64,000 nucleotides of DNA from Oopsacas minuta (lineage: Eukaryota; Animalia; Porifera). How positions within the stretch are numbered: the stretch's first letter is position 1; each line of letters begins with the position of its first letter. The DNA lies in the NCBI GenBank assembly GCA_024704765.1, contig JAKMXF010000110.1, positions 62,001 to 126,000 of the forward strand. Reading direction: 5' to 3'. The notes beneath the pieces are model-generated. The model searched no databases. It saw only the letters and a program-made list of their open reading frames with translations, and had not been told where the DNA came from. The position numbers and the translations under genes are program-made. Shown one piece after another: positions 55,688 to 64,000 of this stretch.

Positions 55688-57243
55688 GTAATGTAGGTGT
55701 GTATGTGCTTAGTGAGATAGTAAGATATTAGCCATAAGAAAACGCATAAGCTCTAAGAATCATATCATTATGTAAATTAGGAGGCTAATAAACTCTTATA
55801 GGAGGTGTTCAAGCGTTACGTAACATGAAGTGCGGTCTTAGTATCTAGCAGACCCGTGGCCAGGCCGAGCACAAAACCTCAACACAGTGTAAATGCTCCG
55901 TTCCCTCCTAGGACAGCCAATGAGCAACACTCATATCAAATTTCCGGGATGTGAATTGACGTGACATAATAGGCAGTATGAATAGACTGGGAATAGTTTT
56001 GGGTGGACAGACACTCACTACAACTAAATTTACAAGTTATATGCTACATCTATGGCTGGATACTCGAGTGTGTATGTACTCAGCTTCAACAAATCTAAGA
56101 ATTGTAATAATATACCAGACAGGCATCTTCAAATCGAAACATGCATAACATTCTAATTACCTGAAAACATTATAAGAGTAAGACCAGTTTCCCTCCAAAA
56201 TATTGAAAATATAGATTATATTACAGTTTATTTATAACTCATGTATTTTGACAAGCTGTACATTGTTAATTTGTTACTATACACGTAGATATTATTGCAA
56301 GGTTTACAGTTTTGGAGACAGTAGAATTATAGAAGTTTTATATATGAACATGTTGTTTAGAACAAGTCAAAATACCTTATGCAGTGATTGGAGTTTCTTG
56401 ATATTCTTCTACCTCCCAAGGCCTCACTATCAATATCAGTGATTACGATATCTGAAATTATGCACCATAATGAATATATGAGGAACGGTATGTCAGTAGC
56501 CGTAGGGCAGTGCTCGAGAATTTATTCCTATTAGTCACCAAAATCCTGAAGTTGGTGGCTTAGTTAAGCCACAAAAAATTTAATAGTGAGGAAGTAAAAA
56601 TGAAAATGTGACTGTGTTAATGCATGAGTCTCACTCACTTTGGATCCGTGGGACTTAACAACTATGCTTTTAGGAAGTAGGTCAGATCATCTGACTTATA
56701 TTCTTAGCATTTGATTAATCATATTTTTCACCATCTGGGAAAATTCAAAATAATTATGATTCAGATTTGTAATGGACACGAGCTGCCTCGGTAAATCGAA
56801 TGGCATTACTTAGTATTTCTCATAAAATTAGCTCACCAAAATATTGAAACAATTCGACATAATGGTTTGTATATTTCCCTCTGTATAATGTATTTATTTA
56901 TATTTACTATTAATGGAATTAATTATTATCTGCTTAAGTAATTATATGGCATTATTCGTATTACTTCATTGACGACACATTTCACTGAAAAGATCTAATC
57001 AAGAAATGTTCAGCCTTACCAAAGCTTACATAAATATCTCGCTCATATTAGTAGAAATTATGTATAATTATTATATACCAGTTTAAGGTTTAATCATTTT
57101 TGGAAACTGTCCCTCTGTGTGTGTGCAATAATCTATTTATTTTATGAATTACATGTAAATTACTGTTTATGGCATCTAAATCTTATAGATAGTACTTAAA
57201 GCGAAATGTTCTGTATGTAGTGTAGAAATTCCATTCATTTAAA

Positions 57244-58370
57244 ATGACTTATAGTTACATTCAAGTTGATATAATTGGGAATGCAATGCCTTGCATAAGT
57301 ATTACTTTTATCAGTTTAATTTGGATAATTGTGATATCTAAAAAAATGATACAAAATGTTAAAAATTATAAATTGAATAAGGAAAGGTTTTTCGCCAATG
57401 AAATATATAGAAAAAGAATTCTATACAATCTTGAGACACATATTGTGAAGGACATTTTCTTATTAATTTTAATTGTATTGGAATTAATAGAACCTCTATC
57501 TGGATTGATACATATACTTTCTACACTACATCATTATCCATGGTATCTGAATATGAAAATGAACATGACCAAAGTAGAAGATTGTTCTGACGGAAAAGCT
57601 TTCAAATTATTCCTAGCAAATAGTCATTGCAGTGAGTTCTGTAATTTCTTTGACATAATATATTATTGTCTGCTCATGATTGGAATATGTATTTCATAAC
57701 AATACTAAGCATGCTATGTCGCTATCTAGCTGCTAGATACTTCAAACACCCCGTTAACAAGATTATGAAGAAGTACATTGTATGGTTATGTGTACAAATA
57801 GTTGTATTTACTCCTGGTTTCAGTAAATACACGCTGGGATTGATTCTGATAATTTCACCATTTATCATGCTAACAGATTGGGTATTACTGTATAGAGACT
57901 ATAAAGTGCTAAGAAATGTACTCAAATCTCACATGAAAGAGTTACAACTGCATTTCAGTAGGAGACTATATTTGCAGGTAAAGAAACTATATTTTACCTA
58001 CAGAATCTGTATGATGACTCTCTTAGCTTCTCTGTTGGCCTATATTATAGGAACAGTTCTGTTTAACATTCTTCGCATGATGTCTGCCGTGCTAACCAAC
58101 AGCTGTATTTTATCACTAATCAACACGAATAATCACACTTATCAATCGCAGATAATCTACCAAATGGGAAGTACAATTTTACAGGACGGCATTCGTGTAT
58201 TTATAGCCATACATTTTGCACTGTTAATTCTCCCGCTACATATAGCTACCTTTATAGCTTTGATATGCAAATTAGTTAGGAAGTGCAGAGGAGTGAATAA
58301 AAAGTATATACGCTATAATTACGAGATCATGCAGGACTTATTACAAAAACAGGAACAAAGAAGAAATTAA
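57244..58370 (+). pseudogene. Orphan 7-TM protein, paralog of 3877-5028, split by one frameshift at about 57650-57697
   Basis: Two overlapping ORFs (57244-57699, 57666-58370) together give about 7 TM segments aligning with the 383-aa protein. Confidence 0.6.
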
Positions 58371-58629
58371 ATAAATGTTTTCGCATTCTTGTTATTCCAT
58401 TATTCACAATCCATATTGCTTTTATTTCTCCTATTTTGTGCTCATCTCTTGAAATAAAGCATTAATAATTTGAATCAGTGCCTAAAAATCTGTCTTCATT
58501 AATTATTGATTAAGTATTACGATATATGCTAAAGCCCACCATACAACAAAAATTGAATTCAACATTATTGTATGAAAAAAGTTTTTGGAATTTTGAAGGC
58601 AATTTTGTTGCACTGTGTATGGTAAGGTT

Positions 58630-58770
58630 TAGCGCCTATAAAGGACAAAAATGGTGGCCGCTATAGAGAGGTCATTATATTATAAATGGGAAATCGGAGG
58701 GGCTGTTTTTAGGTGGCTGCTATGTACATGTCACCTTTATACAGAGGTGGCCGTTAAGCAGGTTTGATTG
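58630..58770. mobile_element. pogo/Tigger-like MITE fragment
   Basis: Right end gaggtggccgttaagcaggtttgattg+TA, with internal repeated ggtggccg motifs. Confidence 0.45.
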
Positions 58771-59008
58771 TATATCGCCAAAATGTGTTGCGTATTGAGA
58801 ATTTCACATACTCAATCGTCATATGTTACTTTTCACATAGTTTTCAAATTATGCTGTATCACTAGAATCGATTACTGTTTATTTTACACCACCCACATTC
58901 ATTATAGGCATACTGATAGTAGTATAAATGATTTAAACTAACCTGAATTCACATTCGTAAGTTCCTCACTTATAGCCAGCAGCTCTTCAAAGAAACATTT
59001 GGACACGA

Positions 59009-60948
59009 ATGGCATTTCGTTCAATATTACAACGCTTTTCACGTCCCTCTATCTTCAAACCTTCCAATGCTAGTTCTGTCCTACAGGCACGTGCTATCAA
59101 CTCTCAGTACCCGGAAGATAACCCTAGCTTCAGTCAGATGGTATCAGAGTATTTGAAGAAAGCTGAGGAATATATTATCAAAGATGAAATGCGTATAACA
59201 GGACATCCTAGAGAAGAGATAGTCGGTATTTTGGATACTATACGCTCTTGTAATCACGTGCTGAATGTTACCTTTCCTCTCCGTCGTGATGACGGTACAA
59301 TCATGAATATTGAAGGATGGAGAGCACAACACAGTCTACACAAAACTCCTTGTAAAGGAGGTTGTAGGTTCAGCGACGATGTAGACGAAGACGAAGTGAA
59401 AGCCTTAGCAACGCTTATGACATATAAGAATGCAACAGTAGACGTGCCGTATGGAGGAGCAAAGGCAGGAGTGAAGATAAATCCCAGAAAATTCTCAGTG
59501 GGAGAGTTGGAGAGGTTGACAAGACGTTTCGCAATTGAACTATCAAAGAAGGGCTTCTTAGGACCTGGTATTGATGTTCCTGCTCCTGACATGGGTACTG
59601 GAGAACGAGAGATGGCTTGGATAGCTGATACATATGCACATACTACTGGACATCTGGATATCAATGCACATGCGTGCATAACTGGTGAGTAGATAAATTA
59701 TTTGCAAGGTTGAAACCGCTCGAACGGAATATCATATCAGTATCCATGAATAGCATCCTTACCAATACTGATACGAATATGTATTGATAATATTCGGTTT
59801 TGATCAACTGAATACCGATACTAGATAGAACTGGTCACATTCGCCGGTACATGGGCGCAACTAGGATCGAATAGGTGGGCACTAGATTCGACTCCACCAT
59901 AATACAAAAATGTAAAGGGTGGATGGGCATGACGTCAATCTTTGCCCATCCAGACTCGAGTGCCTAGTAGCGCCTATGTATCGGCATATCGATCATGAAA
60001 TCTCCATGTTGCTAGTAATCATGACAAGTATCCCATTCAGGTAAACCAATCAGTCAGGGAGGAATACATGGACGTACTCAAGCAACAGGTCTCGGTCTAT
60101 TCTTTGCTTTAAGGAACTTCATACAAGATCCTGAATTCATGTCTTCTATAAACGTAGTGCCAGGCTTCATTGGGAAGAGCTTTATCGTACAAGGATTTGG
60201 TAATGTAGGCTTTTACATTGCTCGTTACTTACACAGAGCTGGCTGTAAATTAGTGGGAGTGATGGAGTATGACGGATCAATCTACAATAAGGAAGGAATG
60301 GATCCTGATGATATAATTGCGTACAAGAAGAAGAACAGAGGTGTATCCGGGTACTCTGGTGGTGAGTTTGTAGAGGGGTCCTTATTTGACAAGGAGTGTG
60401 ACATTCTTGTGCCATGTGCTACTGAGAAGTCTATTCATATGGGTAATGCTGACTCTATCAAAGCTAAGATAATCATAGAAGGAGCGAATGGACCTACCAC
60501 AACCAAAGCTAACGATCTACTCCTGTCTAAGAATGTCCTGATGATACCGGATATGTATGCAAATGCTGGAGGCGTTACTGTCTCGTATTTCGAATGGCTG
60601 AAGAATCTGAATCATGTCAGTTTTGGACGTATGACTATGCGTTACGAGCGTGATTCTAACTATGCTCTGTTAGACAGTGTGCAGAAGAGTTTGGAAAAGA
60701 AATTCGGTGCTACTGCAGGTTCCATTCCTATCCAACCCACTTCTCAATATCTTAGTCGTATGTCAGGAGCTGATGAAGAAACACTAGTTGAATCTGGACT
60801 GGAATACACCATGGATAGAGCAGCTGGCCATATAAAGAAGTTAGCCAAAGACTCTGGTCTTGGTTTAGATTTAAGAACAGCTTCTCTTATCTACGCAGTA
60901 GAGAAGATTTATAAGATATACAACGAAGCAGGACTCACTTATATGTAA
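59009..60948 (+). CDS. GLUD1: Mitochondrial glutamate dehydrogenase copy 1, 527 aa; exons 59009-59684 and 60041-60948
   Basis: [34 protein letters not shown]|[31 protein letters not shown]; animal antenna present. Confidence 0.97.
59850..59978. mobile_element. MITE in the GDH copy 1 intron
   Basis: TIRs catgggcgcaactagg / cctagtagcgcctatg (14/16 match) with TA flanks. Confidence 0.55.
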
Positions 60949-61259
60949 CATTTCACTTCACTCAATTAGCAATACATTACTCCGATATTTATTCATTAGT
61001 GTACATTCTTTCATTATCTGTGTTACTTGTACTTAGCAAAATTTCATGTGTACATTTTCTGTTTCAAATGAAATTCATTCGACTGTACTTTCTCTATAAG
61101 ATTCTAATTGGGCGTTTCAAGTGTTACCACAAAGTTTGTTGCATGACACATCCTGCATTGCTGCATACAAGTACATAAATATCCAAAATTAGCGAGAAAT
61201 GCAAATTACAACGATGTAATAATTATTTATACAATTTGTTATATATGTCTTGGTATGCA

Positions 61260-61408
61260 ATTACCTTCATTAGTTTATTATGGATACGTGTGTTATATGT
61301 AAATGTTCATGCCAAGATGTTAAAAATATTAAATCGAACAAGAAAAACTGCCTCAATGAAATATACAGAAAAAGAATTCTATAAAATCCTAAGACATAAA
61401 TCGTGATA
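61260..61408 (+). pseudogene. Relic of the 5' part of the 57244 7-TM gene
   Basis: Translates ITFISLLWI...DVKNIK...NEIYRKRIL* versus ITFISLIWI...NVKNYK...NEIYRKRILY; has a frameshift and stops. Confidence 0.75.
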
Positions 61409-61817
61409 ACGAGGTCTACTGTGTATGTACTGTATTGATTTAACATGTGTTATAGTGCCTCAAATCAATAGTGTCACTTTAGATAATGTCAATTAATATA
61501 ATAAGCTATCTGTACAGGTTGTAATTTAAGATTTTTCTAAGTCTTATTTCACATTTTCCTTCAAAAGAATCGAGAATCGACTATCAATTGATAATCAAAG
61601 CTCTGACAATTTAGCCTTGAAGGCACTTAATTTTGTGTAATTATTTGATCTGATCAGTTTTCTAAAGCCTACCATCAGGATGCAACTTTGTTGCATCTTG
61701 AATGCAACAAACAGCATTTTGGAAAAATTTATTATATAGTTATTCGATTACGAAGCATTTAAGAGAATAATAAGTGATAAAATAGAAACTAATAAAGTGT
61801 AAAAGAAAAATAGACAA

Positions 61818-63567
61818 CTACATATAAGTGAGTCCTGCCTCGTTGTATATCTTATAAATCTTCTCTACTGCGTAGATAAGAGAAGCTGTTCTTAAATCTA
61901 AACCAAGACCAGAGTCTTTGGCTAACTTCTTTATATGGCCAGCTGCTCTATCCATGGTGTATTCCAGTCCAGATTCAACTAGTGTTTCTTCATCAGCTCC
62001 TGACATACGACTAAGATATTGAGAAGTGGGTTGGATAGGAATGGAACCTGCAGTAGCACCGAATTTCTTTTCCAAACTCTTCTGCACACTGTCTAACAGA
62101 GCATAGTTAGAATCACGCTCGTAACGCATAGTCATACGTCCAAAACTGACATGATTCAGATTCTTCAGCCATTCGAAATACGAGACAGTAACGCCTCCAG
62201 CATTTGCATACATATCCGGTATCATCAGGACATTCTTAGACAGGAGTAGATCGTTAGCTTTGGTTGTGGTAGGTCCATTCGCTCCTTCTATGATTATCTT
62301 AGCTTTGATAGAGTCAGCATTACCCATATGAATAGACTTCTCAGTAGCACATGGCACAAGAATGTCACACTCCTTGTCAAATAAGGACCCCTCTACAAAC
62401 TCACCACCAGAGTACCCGGATACACCTCTGTTCTTCTTCTTGTACGCAATTATATCATCAGGATCCATTCCTTCCTTATTGTAGATTGATCCGTCATACT
62501 CCATCACTCCCACTAATTTACAGCCAGCTCTGTGTAAGTAACGAGCAATGTAAAAGCCTACATTACCAAATCCTTGTACGATAAAGCTCTTCCCAATGAA
62601 GCCTGGCACTACGTTTATAGAAGACATGAATTCAGGATCTTGTATGAAGTTCCTTAAAGCAAAGAATAGACCGAGACCTGTTGCTTGAGTACGTCCATGT
62701 ATTCCTCCCTGACTGATTGGTTTACCTGAATGGGAAAAATATAAAATTTTCAAGCTTCTAACTCTCCAGTATAAATATATCACAAATTCATACAAGGGTT
62801 TGGGAATTTGGGATATTTGAAGAGTATGTAACTATTCGGATTATTAAGCATTACCTAGAATTATACCAGTTAGCTTAAAATGGCAGTGGTAACTTACCAG
62901 TTACACACGCATGTGCATTGATATCCAGATGTCCAGTAGTATGTGCATATGTATCAGCTATCCAAGCCATCTCTCGTTCTCCAGTACCCATGTCAGGAGC
63001 AGGAACATCAATACCAGGTCCTAAGAAGCCCTTCTTTGATAGTTCAATTGCGAAACGTCTTGTCAACCTCTCCAACTCTCCCACTGAGAATTTTCTGGGA
63101 TTTATCTTCACTCCTGCCTTTGCTCCTCCATACGGCACGTCTACTGTTGCATTCTTATATGTCATAAGCGTTGCTAAGGCTTTCACTTCATCTGCATTCA
63201 CATCTTCACTGTATCTACAACCTCCTTTACAAGGAGTTTTATGATGACTATGCTGTGCTCTCCATCCTTCAATATTTATAATAGTTCCATCATCTAGACG
63301 GAGAGGAAACATAACGTTCACAACATTATTACAAGGACGTATAGCATCCAAAATACCGACTATCTCTTCTCTAGGATGTCCTGTTATACGCATTTCATCT
63401 TTGATAATATATTCCTCAGCTTTCTTCAAATACTCTGATACCATCTGACTGAAGCTAGGGTTATCTTCCGGGTTCTGAGAGCTGATGGCACGTGTTTGTA
63501 ATCTCAGATTGGAATGTCTCAGGATGGAGGGACGTGGGATATGGTAGAAAACTTTGCGTAGAGCCAT
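61818..63567 (-). CDS. GLUD1: Mitochondrial glutamate dehydrogenase copy 2, 525 aa; exons 63567-62898 and 62725-61818
   Basis: Same motifs as copy 1; 172-bp GT-AG intron at the same position; different presequence. Confidence 0.97.
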
Positions 63568-64000
63568 TCTTATTATGCTTATTTAGATAATTTATACACT
63601 AATTCAGGAAACTTACGAAACATGCAAATAAATATTTTGAAATTGTTTAGCTCTTATTCTGTTTGGTTTTGAGATATGAGTCATAGACCAATCCATTTTC
63701 AGGAATAGAATGTGAATACAAATACAAAGAATGACAATTGTTTACTAGGAAAGGGGAGAACTTGTTATTAGAAGTTTGTTTCTTTCCTCTTTATGTATGT
63801 AGGTGCACTACTGCGTATTATGGGAGCAGATTCTTAGTGATAGGACAATTAATGAAAGACGTTTCGTGACAGGACATTTCGTAACAAATAGTAAATAGTT
63901 TGTCGGGCAATTTACTTTGTATTTGTTATGAATTACAAGTTTATTATTCGTTTGGTACAATTACATTTGGATTTGTCAGCCACAAGAAATAAGTAATAGA

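Noticed and set aside
57632-57729. 98-nt GT-AG intron that would repair the 7-TM frameshift
   Set aside because: Phase-compatible, but it would delete the predicted TM3 that aligns with the paralog, and the acceptor is weak.
59144-63244. Antisense ORFs over the GDH genes, including identical 74-aa and 77-aa pairs
   Set aside because: Shadow frames; their identity only reflects the duplicated coding DNA.

Overview
AT-rich, compact animal genomic DNA with few, short GT-AG introns. The gene style and orphan membrane-protein family suggest a glass sponge (Hexactinellida); this is inference only. The left half (1-29.5 kb) is gene-sparse: one orphan 7TM gene, four intronless MAPKAPK-like kinases, a decayed DD37E Tc1/mariner-type transposase and many MITEs. 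The right half (30-64 kb) is gene-dense: an apparently truncated NUP205, MPP10, RPL27A, two RAB6 paralogs flanking stomatin, CYFIP (7 exons, with a same-strand nested coiled-coil ORF), TRMT61A, AMMECR1, a frameshifted 7TM paralog and two glutamate dehydrogenases. The most striking pattern is three inverted paralog pairs (kinase, RAB6, GDH) that each share near-identical nucleotide tracts over the catalytic core, while termini, introns and flanks have diverged. Other leads: the GDH keeps the animal antenna but has lost GTP-site residues, the MK-like kinases lack p38 control elements, and several housekeeping genes have unpaired splice acceptors just before the ATG (possible SL trans-splicing). 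No rRNA, tRNA or CRISPR array was recognised.
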